Source: a virus (Duplodnaviria; Caudoviricetes). From it: DNA of 37,479 nt. The stretch lies in IMG/VR virus record IMGVR_UViG_3300047279_000033, positions 1 through 37,479 of that record; one strand, written 5' to 3'. The position numbers and the translations under genes are program-made. The notes beneath the pieces are model-generated. The model did no database searches, was not told the DNA's origin, and saw nothing but the letters and a program-made list of their open reading frames with translations. Shown here in pieces: positions 14,839 through 23,419 of this stretch (the first letter of the stretch is position 1; each line of letters starts with the position of its first letter).

Positions 14839-15960
14839 ATGCAACACAGTAGGATCGTCGGCGGATCGACCGCCAAGCGCGTCATCGCCTGCCCTGGCAG
14901 CGTGGCGCTGGTGGACAAGATGCCACCCAGCCCAAGCAGCAGCTACGCCAACGAAGGGACGCTTCTGCACGACACCATCGCGGACGTGCTGGACAAGAAC
15001 AAGCCGCCAGAAGCCTATCTGGGGCGAACCCATGCGGGCATCAGGCTGGACGACGACCTGATCGCACGCAAGCTGCGCCCGGCGCTGGACGCGCTGGATG
15101 AGATCGATCCCGAGGGAAGGATGGAATATGCTGTCGAAAGCCGGGTGGGGTTTGGCGATTATCTACCTGACGTTTTTGGTAGTACTGATTTTCTGGGCCG
15201 CCTTGGCAATCGCGCTGTTGTGCTGGATTGGAAGTTCGGCGATGGAATTCCTGTCGGCGCTGAAGAAAACGCCCAACTGATGTTCTACGCCGCCGCCGCC
15301 ATGCGGACGCCGACAACGCAGTGGGTGTTCGAGGGCGTCGAGGAGGTCGAACTGATCATCGTACAGCCGCCCAGCGTCAAGCGGTGGGTGACGACGGTGG
15401 AGCGCATCAAGGCGTTCGAGGCTGACCTGAAGGCGGCTGTGACGCGGGCGCTGAAGCCCGACGCACCGCTGGCCGCTGGTGACCATTGCAAGTGGTGCCC
15501 CGCCAAGCCTGTGTGCCCTGTCATGACCGGCGCTGTGGATCGCCTGCTGGCGACCAAGCTGGACGCCCTGCCGGTGGATCAGATCGCGCATTATCTGGAT
15601 CAGGTGCCGCTGGTGGAGGATTTCATCTCTGGCTTGCAGGCGCTGGCCTTGCAGATGCTGACCGAGGGCAAGCCGGTGGGCGACTGGAAGCTGGTGCCGA
15701 AGCGCGCCACCCGCCAGTGGGCCGATGAGGACAAGGCTGTGGCCTTCCTGTCGAGCGTGGGCATCGAAGCATGGGCCGAACCGAAGGCCATCACGCCAGC
15801 GGTGGCAGACAAGGCGCTGAAGAAAATGAAAATCGAATTGCCGGCTGACCTGGTGGTCGCCGTCTCCACGGGTAATACTCTGGCGCCGGGGAATGACCCC
15901 CGGCCCGCGGTGTTGCAAATCGGCCACACGCTCAAGAAGGCGATGGCCAAAATCCAGTAA
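14839..15960 (+). CDS. Cas4-like PD-(D/E)XK nuclease (DUF2800 family)
   Basis: N-terminal CPGS, GTLLH, D...DWKFG, QLMFYA and CKWCPAKPVC Fe-S cysteines; precedes SSB and polymerase. Confidence 0.88.
   Translation: MQHSRIVGGSTAKRVIACPGSVALVDKMPPSPSSSYANEGTLLHDTIADVLDKNKPPEAYLGRTHAGIRLDDDLIARKLRPALDALDEIDPEGRMEYAVESRVGFGDYLPDVFGSTDFLGRLGNRAVVLDWKFGDGIPVGAEENAQLMFYAAAAMRTPTTQWVFEGVEEVELIIVQPPSVKRWVTTVERIKAFEADLKAAVTRALKPDAPLAAGDHCKWCPAKPVCPVMTGAVDRLLATKLDALPVDQIAHYLDQVPLVEDFISGLQALALQMLTEGKPVGDWKLVPKRATRQWADEDKAVAFLSSVGIEAWAEPKAITPAVADKALKKMKIELPADLVVAVSTGNTLAPGNDPRPAVLQIGHTLKKAMAKIQ
15128..15280 (+). CDS. Candidate overprinted 50-aa membrane protein (+1 frame in the DUF2800 gene)
   Basis: MLSKAGWGLAIIYLTFLVVLIFWAALAIALLCWIGSSAMEFLSALKKTPN; AAGGA 6 nt upstream; local shift in host codon third positions. 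Confidence 0.6.
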   Translation: MLSKAGWGLAIIYLTFLVVLIFWAALAIALLCWIGSSAMEFLSALKKTPN

Positions 15961-15974
15961 GGAAAGGTACGACA

Positions 15975-16619
15975 ATGAACGAAGTTACCAAGTTTGGCGG
16001 CGCTGGTCTGCCGTCTGTTAAGTCTCTGGCGTCCGCGCTGCGCTCCATCGAATCGTCGGGCGGCGCTGGCGGTATGGCCATCCTCAAAATGGACAAGACC
16101 GGCCACTGGGTGTTCGGCGCCGATCAGACCGAGGTCGAGGATGACAGCCTGTGGGCGGTCAACCCTTTCAGCTTCGTCCACGGCTACATCGCTTGGGGCG
16201 ACGGTGAAGTGCTGGCCGAAAAGATGGTCAGCGTTTCTGAGCCGTTGCCGGAACTCGACCCCGCGCCGCCTGCATCTGACAAGGGCTGGGAAATGCAGAT
16301 CGGCATGACGCTGGCCTGCACGAACGGCGAGGATGAGGGCCTGCAAGTCCGCTACAGCGCGACCAGCGTCGGCGGCAAGCGCGCCGTGCAGGCACTGGCC
16401 GTGGATATCGCCGAACAGGTGGACAAAGACCAGTCGAAGCCGGTGCCGGTGGTGCTTCTGAAGAAGGAACACTATCAGCATAAAAAGTATGGCCGCATCT
16501 ACACGCCGGTGTTTGACATCGTGAAGTGGTCGGGCATGGACGCAGCCCCGGCGGAGGAAGACGCTGCGGAAGCGGAAGCCCCGGCTGAAGACGCACCGCG
16601 CCGCCGGCGCCGCGCGTAA
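15975..16619 (+). CDS. Putative single-stranded DNA-binding protein
   Basis: 214 aa between nuclease and polymerase; YQHKKYGRIYTPVFDIVKW followed by an acidic flexible tail. Confidence 0.65.
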   Translation: MNEVTKFGGAGLPSVKSLASALRSIESSGGAGGMAILKMDKTGHWVFGADQTEVEDDSLWAVNPFSFVHGYIAWGDGEVLAEKMVSVSEPLPELDPAPPASDKGWEMQIGMTLACTNGEDEGLQVRYSATSVGGKRAVQALAVDIAEQVDKDQSKPVPVVLLKKEHYQHKKYGRIYTPVFDIVKWSGMDAAPAEEDAAEAEAPAEDAPRRRRRA

Positions 16620-16633
16620 ACTGGGCAGCGAAC

Positions 16634-16659
16634 GCCGGGGCGGATTGGGCCGCCCCGGC
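16634..16659 (+). terminator. Stem-loop between the SSB and polymerase genes
   Basis: GCCGGGGCGG/CCGCCCCGGC 10-bp stem; no U tract. Confidence 0.45.
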
Positions 16660-16684
16660 TAGTAGCGGATGAAGTGAGGCATCC

Positions 16685-18670
16685 ATGAGCATTTTGTGGG
16701 GCGACACGGAAACGCGCAGTGAGTGCAATCTGCCGGTGGCTGGCGCGTATAACTACGCCCAGCACCCTTCCACGCAGCTATTGCTGTTCAACTGGGCGTT
16801 TGACGATGAGGAAGTTGAAGAATGGTGGCCGTCTTGCGGGAGTCCTTTTCCAGAACGTGTCAAAGAACACATCCGCGCCGGCGGCCAGATGCGCTTTCAT
16901 AACGCCGGGTTTGATAGGCTCATATTTGAGTTTGTTGTTTGCCCTGATTTTGATGTGCCAACGCCGGCGCTAGAACAATGGTACTGCACCGCCGCTCAGG
17001 CCCGCGCCAACTGCGCGCCGGGTAGTCTGGAAGATGTGGGCCGGTTTGTAGGCGCCAGCATGAAGAAGGATCATAGGGGCAAGCAGTTGATCCGGCAGAT
17101 TTGCATCCCGCCGTTTAACAATGACCCCGCGCTGTTTGGTGAGTTTAGGATGTACGGCGCGCAGGACGTGCGCGCTATGCGGGCCATCGCCCAGGCGCAG
17201 CGCGCGCTGTCCGCTGATGAGTTGCTTGACTACCACACCAACGAACGGATCAACGACCGCGGTGTGCTGCTGGATCGCCCGCTGGCGCTGGCCGCCGTGG
17301 GCTACGCCGACGCGGAGTCCGCCGACATCCAGCAGACGGTCGAGGAGGCCACCGGTGGCGAGATCACGTCCGTCCGCAGCCCCAAGATGCGGGCGTGGGT
17401 TCTGGATCGCGTCGGGCCGCAGGCGCTCAAACTGGCGACGGTTTACAAGGACGGCGAACCCAAGCTATCCATCGACAAGAACGTCCGCTTCAATCTGCTG
17501 GCGCTGGCCGAGGAGAACCCCGATGAAGTACCGGCCATCGTCGCTGAAGTTATCCAATGCGCGGATGACCTCTGGGCATCGTCAGTTGCAAAGTTTGCGC
17601 GGGCGGCTGCGCTTGCAGATGATGAGGATCAACGAGTTAGAGGCGCGTTCGTATTCGCTGGAGGTAGTGCTACAGGCCGCGCTTCATCATTTGGACTTCA
17701 AGTTCATAATTTCCCACGACGATGCGCCGACGACCCTGCACTAACACGGCAGGCGATGGTGCGCGGCCACCGGATCGTGCCGAAGTTTGGCCCACGGATC
17801 ACCGACGTGCTGAAAGGAATGCTGCGCCCGGCGCTGATGGCCCCTGAAGGCAAGCGGCTGGTGGTGGCCGATTGGGCCGCCATTGAGGCGCGGGTGACGC
17901 CGTGGGCGTCGAACACTAACAGCGGCGCAGAGAAGCTGGGCATCTTCGCGCGCGGCGAGGACGTGTACAAGCACAACGCCGCGGCGACCTTTCACGTCCA
18001 TTACGATGACGTGGACAAAGACAAGCGCCAGATCGGCAAGGTGCAGGAGTTGGCCTGCGGCTTCGCCGGCGGTGTGGGTGCCTTCGCCAGCATGGGCCGC
18101 ATCTACAACGTGATCATGACCGAGAGCGACAGCCGCAAGATGGTGGACGGCTGGCGACGGGCGAACCCGTGGTCGGTCAACTACTGGACGGGGCTGGAGC
18201 GGGCGTACACCGGCGCCATGCGTCACCCAGGCAAGGAGATCAGCGCCGGGCGCGTGACCTATTTGTTCGACAAGCAGCATCTTTGGTATGCCCTGCCGTC
18301 AGGCCGTGTGCTATGCTACCCGTTCGCCCGCTTTGATGAGGAAGGCAACATCACCTACGCCAAAGCGGCGTGGAAGCCCGCCGCCGACGCAAAGGAATGG
18401 CCCCGCGCCCGCCTGTGGCGCGGTCTGGCCTGCGAAAACATCACACAGGCCATCGCCAACGATCTGCTGCGGCACGCGCTGCGGCGGTTGGAGGAAGAAG
18501 GGTTTGACGTAGTGCTGCACGTCCACGACGAAATCGTGCTGGAGACAGACGCCAGCACCGCCGAGGACGCCGCCGCCGCGCTGGTAAAGATCATGTGTAC
18601 ACCGCCGCTCTGGGCCGCTGGCCTGCCGCTGAACGCGGAAGTGGCTATCATGACCCGTTACGGGAAATAG
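16685..18670 (+). CDS. Family A DNA polymerase with 3'-5' exonuclease
   Basis: ExoI DTET, ExoII HNAGFD, ExoIII YGAQD, ATGRAS, motif A DWAAIEAR, motif B RQIGKVQELACGF, motif C HVHDE. Confidence 0.95.
   Translation: MSILWGDTETRSECNLPVAGAYNYAQHPSTQLLLFNWAFDDEEVEEWWPSCGSPFPERVKEHIRAGGQMRFHNAGFDRLIFEFVVCPDFDVPTPALEQWYCTAAQARANCAPGSLEDVGRFVGASMKKDHRGKQLIRQICIPPFNNDPALFGEFRMYGAQDVRAMRAIAQAQRALSADELLDYHTNERINDRGVLLDRPLALAAVGYADAESADIQQTVEEATGGEITSVRSPKMRAWVLDRVGPQALKLATVYKDGEPKLSIDKNVRFNLLALAEENPDEVPAIVAEVIQCADDLWASSVAKFARAAALADDEDQRVRGAFVFAGGSATGRASSFGLQVHNFPRRCADDPALTRQAMVRGHRIVPKFGPRITDVLKGMLRPALMAPEGKRLVVADWAAIEARVTPWASNTNSGAEKLGIFARGEDVYKHNAAATFHVHYDDVDKDKRQIGKVQELACGFAGGVGAFASMGRIYNVIMTESDSRKMVDGWRRANPWSVNYWTGLERAYTGAMRHPGKEISAGRVTYLFDKQHLWYALPSGRVLCYPFARFDEEGNITYAKAAWKPAADAKEWPRARLWRGLACENITQAIANDLLRHALRRLEEEGFDVVLHVHDEIVLETDASTAEDAAAALVKIMCTPPLWAAGLPLNAEVAIMTRYGK
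17523..17744 (+). CDS. Candidate overprinted 73-aa coiled-coil protein (+1 frame in the polymerase gene)
   Basis: GAGGAG 7 nt before ATG; MKYRPSS...LQSLRGRLRLQMMRINELEARSYSLEVVLQAAL...; the polymerase codon anomaly spans this interval. Confidence 0.65.
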   Translation: MKYRPSSLKLSNARMTSGHRQLQSLRGRLRLQMMRINELEARSYSLEVVLQAALHHLDFKFIISHDDAPTTLH

Positions 18671-18681
18671 GGAGAACCGCG

Positions 18682-21054
18682 ATGAGTGAGGATCGCATCA
18701 AATTTATCGAATACGTCAGCAAGCTGGCGTTCGAGACGGGCGAGACGGCGCTGTTGCTGAAGCAAAAGCCGACGCTGGTGAACGGCGAGATGATCTACCA
18801 CGGCGATGGGGTGCCGAAGGCGACCTTCCCGTCGTTCCTGCCGGCCAAGGCCAACATCAAGCCGGGCGACGCATGGTACGTCAACACAGGGGCGTTCATC
18901 GTTGACCGCTTCGTGGACGGCAAGCCATCGGCCAAGTCCGAGAACGTCGAGTATGTCCTGTTCATGATGCTGGACGACATTGGCACCAAGTCCAAGGAGC
19001 CGCCGCTGGCCCCGACGTGGGTCATGGAGACGTCCGAAGGGTCGTTTCAGTGGGGCTACGCCTTCAACGAGCAGCCGTCCAAGGCAGACTTCGCCGCGGC
19101 CATCACCGCCATCGCTGACGCGGGCTACACTGACCCAGGAGCAACCAACGCCGTCCGCAACTGCCGCATCCCCGGGAGCGTCAACCTGAAGCGGGGGCGC
19201 AACAACTTCGAGGCGCGGCTGGTCGAGTTCCACCCAGACCGCGAGTACACGCTGGATGACGTGTGTCAGGCGCTGGGCGTTGTGCCGCCCGAATCGGACA
19301 CCGCCGAGATCAGAAGCATCAAGATACGCGACACCGGCCAAGACAACGTGCTGGCGTGGCTGTCGGACAACAGCATGGTGCTGTCGCGAGTCAACAACGA
19401 GGGCTGGTGCGGCGTCGTCTGCCCTAACCATGCCGCGCACTCGGACGGCAGCATTGAGGGCCGCTACAAGCCGCTGGATCGCTCCTACTGCTGCTATCAC
19501 GGCCACTGCCAGCATCTGACCAGCACGACGTTCTTGCAGTGGGTGTCGGAGAACGGCGGGCCGACCGTGACGCCAGGGCTGCGGGACGAACTGATCGCCG
19601 AACGGATGCGGCTGATGGCTGAGAAAATCTCGCCGACCGAAGCGTTCCCGGATCAGGCTGCTATCACCGTCAGGGAAGTCGAGCGCAAGGAAGCCGGGCG
19701 GCTGACCAAGACCGAGTGGTTCGACCGGTTCGCCTACGTGCAGTCCGACGACAGCTACTTCGACATGGTGACGCGCCAGGAAGTGCCGCGCCATGTCTTC
19801 AACGCGCTGTTCCGCCACGTCGATTGCCGGTCGATCCACAACAACAAACGGCAAGTGGCTGCGTCGGTCTACTACGACGAGCGCCGGCAGGAGTTTGGCG
19901 CCAAGGCGTTGACCGGCATCACCTACGCCGCGGGCGAGGACGTGTTGGTGGCGCGTGACGGGATGGTCTACGGCAACCGCTGGGTCAACGCCCGCCCCGA
20001 CATGAGCGCCACGCTGTCAGTCAGTGACGCACAGATCACGCCGTGGCTGGATCACTGCCGCAGTCTGATTGAGGAGCCGTCCGAGCTCGATCATATTCTG
20101 AACGTAATGGCCTATAAAGTTCAGAATCCGAACATCAAGATCAACCACGCGGTGCTGCATGGCGGTGACGAAGGCAGCGGCAAGGACACCATGTGGGCGC
20201 CGTTCCTGTGGGCCATCGGCGGCAAGCACCAGCACAACCGGTCGATCATCGAGACGGGCGAGATCAACAGCCAGTGGGGATACAACCTGGAGGCTGAAGT
20301 CCTGATCCTGAACGAACTGCGCGAACCAGAGGCGAAGGAGCGCCGGGCGCTGGCCAACAAGCTCAAGCCGATCATTGCCGCACCGCCGGAGACGCTGTCG
20401 ATTAACCGCAAGGGTCTGCACCCCTACGAGATGCTGAACCGGGTTCAGGTGGTGGCGTTTACGAACGACCCGCTGCCGATTACGCTGCCGACGCAGGATC
20501 GCCGCTGGTTCTGCGTGTGGTCACGCGCACCGCGGATGACCAAGCCAGAGGCCGACGCGCTGTGGGATTGGTACAAGGCCGGCGGCTACGAGAAGATCGC
20601 GGCATGGCTGCATCTGCGCGATGTGTCAGCGTTCGGCGCTGCTGCTGCGCCACCGGTGACCGAGTGGAAGCTGAACATGGTCGAGCAGGGCATGAGTGTA
20701 GCCGAGAGCTACCTTGTGGACATGATGCGCCTGCGCGTCGGGCCGTTCTCGCTGGGCGTCATCGGCGGGCCGTTCCACAAGTTGTGCGACTTCTTGGTCG
20801 CCGACAGCAAGGTTCCGGCGGGCGTGAAGGTGCCGCAGGCGGCGCTGCTGCACGCGCTGAAGGAAGCCGGCTGGCTGGACTGCGGGCGGCTGGCGTCGTC
20901 TGACTTCACCACCAAGCGACATATCTTCGCAGCACCGGAGGTTGCGCGGGCGCATTCGAAATCTGACCTTCGCCGGATGGTGGAAAACATTGATACTCCC
21001 CCCGGTAAGGTGATAGACATCGGTCAACGGCGCAACCCAAACCAGCGCGGTTGA
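18682..21054 (+). CDS. Primase-SF3 helicase fusion
   Basis: RepB-like primase motifs (MLDD, ETSEGSFQWGY, RIPG), Zn-binding CPNHAAH...CYHGHC, Walker A GDEGSGKD, LILNE, FTN; GGGAG RBS before MSEDR. Confidence 0.88.
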   Translation: MSEDRIKFIEYVSKLAFETGETALLLKQKPTLVNGEMIYHGDGVPKATFPSFLPAKANIKPGDAWYVNTGAFIVDRFVDGKPSAKSENVEYVLFMMLDDIGTKSKEPPLAPTWVMETSEGSFQWGYAFNEQPSKADFAAAITAIADAGYTDPGATNAVRNCRIPGSVNLKRGRNNFEARLVEFHPDREYTLDDVCQALGVVPPESDTAEIRSIKIRDTGQDNVLAWLSDNSMVLSRVNNEGWCGVVCPNHAAHSDGSIEGRYKPLDRSYCCYHGHCQHLTSTTFLQWVSENGGPTVTPGLRDELIAERMRLMAEKISPTEAFPDQAAITVREVERKEAGRLTKTEWFDRFAYVQSDDSYFDMVTRQEVPRHVFNALFRHVDCRSIHNNKRQVAASVYYDERRQEFGAKALTGITYAAGEDVLVARDGMVYGNRWVNARPDMSATLSVSDAQITPWLDHCRSLIEEPSELDHILNVMAYKVQNPNIKINHAVLHGGDEGSGKDTMWAPFLWAIGGKHQHNRSIIETGEINSQWGYNLEAEVLILNELREPEAKERRALANKLKPIIAAPPETLSINRKGLHPYEMLNRVQVVAFTNDPLPITLPTQDRRWFCVWSRAPRMTKPEADALWDWYKAGGYEKIAAWLHLRDVSAFGAAAAPPVTEWKLNMVEQGMSVAESYLVDMMRLRVGPFSLGVIGGPFHKLCDFLVADSKVPAGVKVPQAALLHALKEAGWLDCGRLASSDFTTKRHIFAAPEVARAHSKSDLRRMVENIDTPPGKVIDIGQRRNPNQRG

Positions 21055-21059
21055 TGATG

Positions 21060-21100
21060 GAAACCCCCGGCGTGCCTCACTGCGCCGGGGGTTTCTTTTT
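21060..21100 (+). terminator. Rho-independent terminator
   Basis: GAAACCCCCGGCG...CGCCGGGGGTTTC stem followed by TTTTT. Confidence 0.85.
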
Positions 21101-21109
21101 GCTTGGCCC

Positions 21110-21138
21110 TTGCAACAGAATGTTTGCACCCATAGGGT
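21110..21138 (+). promoter_or_regulatory. Sigma70-like promoter for a probably leaderless VRR-NUC mRNA
   Basis: TTGCAA-17 nt-TAGGGT-6 nt-ATG directly after the terminator. Confidence 0.55.
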
Positions 21139-21144
21139 AACGTC

Positions 21145-21420
21145 ATGACCGAGAAAGAAATAGAAGCGCACTTCGTAAAGCGCGTGAAGGCGCTGGGCGG
21201 GTACAGCTACAAGTTCCGTAGCGTGACGCAGCGGGGCGTGGCTGACCGCATCGCCTGCCTGCCAAACGGCCAGACGTGGTTTGTGGAATTGAAGAAGCCC
21301 GGCGGGCGGTTGTCGCCACTGCAAGAGGTATTTGCCGAACAGATGGCGGCAACGCGCCAGCACTACGCCGTGCTGTGGTCAAAGGAAGGTGTGGATTCGT
21401 GGGCCAATCGCTTCGCTTAA
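21145..21420 (+). CDS. VRR-NUC domain nuclease
   Basis: EKEIE...GVADRI...FVELKKPGGRLSPLQ. Confidence 0.9.
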   Translation: MTEKEIEAHFVKRVKALGGYSYKFRSVTQRGVADRIACLPNGQTWFVELKKPGGRLSPLQEVFAEQMAATRQHYAVLWSKEGVDSWANRFA

Positions 21421-22712
21421 GACCATACCAGGACGACGCCGCCGACTTCCTGTACGAGCGAGACCGGGCGATGATCTTGGCGCCGGTGGGCGCTGGCAAG
21501 ACCGCGATCACGCTAACGGCCATGCAGGCGATGCTGAACGACGGTCTGGTCAAGCGGTGGTTGGTGGTTGCGCCCAAGCGCGTTTGCACGGACGTGTGGC
21601 CGGTCGAAGCCCCGAAGTGGTCAAACATCACACCGGCGCTGGCGGTCGGCACCCCGGCGCAGCGTAAAGCGGCGTTGGCCAGCGCCGCGCCTGTGGTCGT
21701 CATCAACTACGACAACCTTGATAAGCTAGAAGATTTGACCGGCTTCGACGGCATTGTCTTTGACGAATTGACGCGGCTAAAGAACCCCAGCGGGAAGCGG
21801 TTCAAGGCACTGGAGAAACTTATGTCTACGATGGCGATACGTTGGGGATTAACAGGCTCGTTCACGTCGAATGGCCTTGAGGATGTGTTCGGTCAGTGCA
21901 AGATCATCGACCAAGGCTTGCTGGGCCGCGCCAAGGGCGCGTTCCTCCAGCAGTACTTCCACTGCGTCAACCGCGACTTCGGCCAGTGGACGCCGGCGCC
22001 CGGCGCGCTGGAACAGGTGATGGAACGAATCAAGCCGGCGACGTTCGTGCTTGACCCAGGCGACTACAAGGACAAGCTGCCGCCGTGCCATGTCGTTGAG
22101 ACGCGGGTCAACCTTGCGGATCGCGGGCCATACGAGAAGATGAAGCGCGACTACGTCGTCAAGTTCGGCAACGACCGCGTCATTGCCCAGAACGCCGCGT
22201 CGGTGACGACCAAGTTGCAACAGATGGCGTCAGGCTTCGTCTACAACCGCGAGGGGCCGCTGCCGGTGCATTGGTTCAGCAGCCACAAGTTTGACCGGCT
22301 AGAGGAACTGCTGGACGAGAACCAGCGGGCCAATACGCTAGTAGCGTATACATACCAGGAGGAGTTGGCGGAATTGAAGCGTCGCTTTCCGCACGCGCAG
22401 ACTATGGACGACGACAATGTTATTGAACGGTGGAACGAGGGCAAGGTCGAACTGCTGCTGATCCACCCCAAGTCCGCCGGCCACGGCCTGAACCTCCAGC
22501 ACGGCGGCTGCCACATGGTGTTCGTGTCGCTGCCGTGGTCGCTGGAACTGTACGAGCAGACGGTCGGACGCCTGCACCGCGGTGGCCAGCCCCACGCGGT
22601 GTGGGTCTACGTGATGATTACCGAAAAAACAATTGACGAACGCATCTGGGCGGCCCTTCACGAAAAGCGTGCCGTGTCAGACATCGCGATGGAGGAGTTG
22701 AAACGTGAGTAA
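21399..22712 (+). CDS. SNF2-like SF2 helicase
   Basis: LRPYQ, GAGKT, IVFDE, LTGS, SAGHGLNLQ, QTVGRLHRGGQ; start placed at GTG 21399 after AAGGAAGG. Confidence 0.9.
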   Translation: MGQSLRLRPYQDDAADFLYERDRAMILAPVGAGKTAITLTAMQAMLNDGLVKRWLVVAPKRVCTDVWPVEAPKWSNITPALAVGTPAQRKAALASAAPVVVINYDNLDKLEDLTGFDGIVFDELTRLKNPSGKRFKALEKLMSTMAIRWGLTGSFTSNGLEDVFGQCKIIDQGLLGRAKGAFLQQYFHCVNRDFGQWTPAPGALEQVMERIKPATFVLDPGDYKDKLPPCHVVETRVNLADRGPYEKMKRDYVVKFGNDRVIAQNAASVTTKLQQMASGFVYNREGPLPVHWFSSHKFDRLEELLDENQRANTLVAYTYQEELAELKRRFPHAQTMDDDNVIERWNEGKVELLLIHPKSAGHGLNLQHGGCHMVFVSLPWSLELYEQTVGRLHRGGQPHAVWVYVMITEKTIDERIWAALHEKRAVSDIAMEELKRE

Positions 22713-22872
22713 CCAACCTATTTCAGCCGCTCAAGCGGCAAGAGAGATATGGGCCATGTTTGAAAAAATAGCTGATGAAGAAGGGCTAAACGGGGAAGAA
22801 CGCGCAAAGGTTCTAGACCGGTTTTCCGCTGCGGCGTTTTACGAACCCACGTTTAAAGGAACTGAAGAATGA
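22705..22872 (+). CDS. 55-aa hypothetical protein (not in ORF track)
   Basis: GTG after GGAGGAG; MSNQPISAAQAAREIWAMFEKIA...; ATGA-coupled to the next gene; AT-richer. Confidence 0.6.
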   Translation: MSNQPISAAQAAREIWAMFEKIADEEGLNGEERAKVLDRFSAAAFYEPTFKGTEE

Positions 22873-23060
22873 ACAAGGTTGATTGGCGGTCGCTGGCCGC
22901 CACGCTCACGTCCATGTCGGAGGCCGAGGTCAAGCGCCTGCTGGACGACGAGATGGCAACGCGCCGCCGCATCGGGATCGTGCGCCGCCTGCACCAGCGG
23001 TACGCCATGCTGCGTAACGCGCGGGAGCGCGCCGAACTGATGGGGAGGCTGGGCGCATGA
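22869..23060 (+). CDS. Small basic hypothetical protein
   Basis: 63 aa; coupled at both ends. Confidence 0.7.
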   Translation: MNKVDWRSLAATLTSMSEAEVKRLLDDEMATRRRIGIVRRLHQRYAMLRNARERAELMGRLGA

Positions 23061-23419
23061 ATAGCGAATGGGATAAAAAACTACAAAAAGGGGCTTGCGA
23101 ACACGGTGAGTGGCGCGGTCCCGGCGCGTATTGCGGCATTTGCTGGGTAAATGACGCAAACAATGACGCCGTTGACCCAAAGTCTGCCAAGCCAGACGCA
23201 GTCAATCCCGACCACTACAAGGTCGGCGGCATCGAGACGATTGACTACCTCCAGGCCAAGCTATCGCCAGAGGAGTTCGCCGGCTACTGCCGCGGGAACG
23301 CGCTGAAGTACATGAGCCGCGCGGGGCATAAGGACGCCACGGTGTTAGAGATCGGCAAGGCTATCTGGTATTTGCAGTGCTGGCGGGACAGTCTGATCTG
23401 CGTGGACGCGCCGGATTAA
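23057..23419 (+). CDS. DUF3310 family protein (T7 gp1.7-like)
   Basis: DAVNPDHYKVGGIETIDY...GNALKYMSRAGHK...KAIWYL. Confidence 0.85.
   Translation: MNSEWDKKLQKGACEHGEWRGPGAYCGICWVNDANNDAVDPKSAKPDAVNPDHYKVGGIETIDYLQAKLSPEEFAGYCRGNALKYMSRAGHKDATVLEIGKAIWYLQCWRDSLICVDAPD

Noticed and set aside
14839-15960. Cas4-like protein as evidence of a CRISPR-Cas system
   Set aside because: No cas1, cas2 or array; the nuclease-SSB-PolA context is typical of phage replication modules.
17121-17522. Upstream part of the 207-aa +1 ORF in the polymerase gene
   Set aside because: Polymerase codon usage is normal over most of this stretch and the translation is R/S/P/T-rich noise; only the part from ATG 17523 has support.
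21700-21880. Mildly AT-shifted codons in the helicase as another overprinted gene
   Set aside because: The +1 frame has TAG and TGA stops within the patch.
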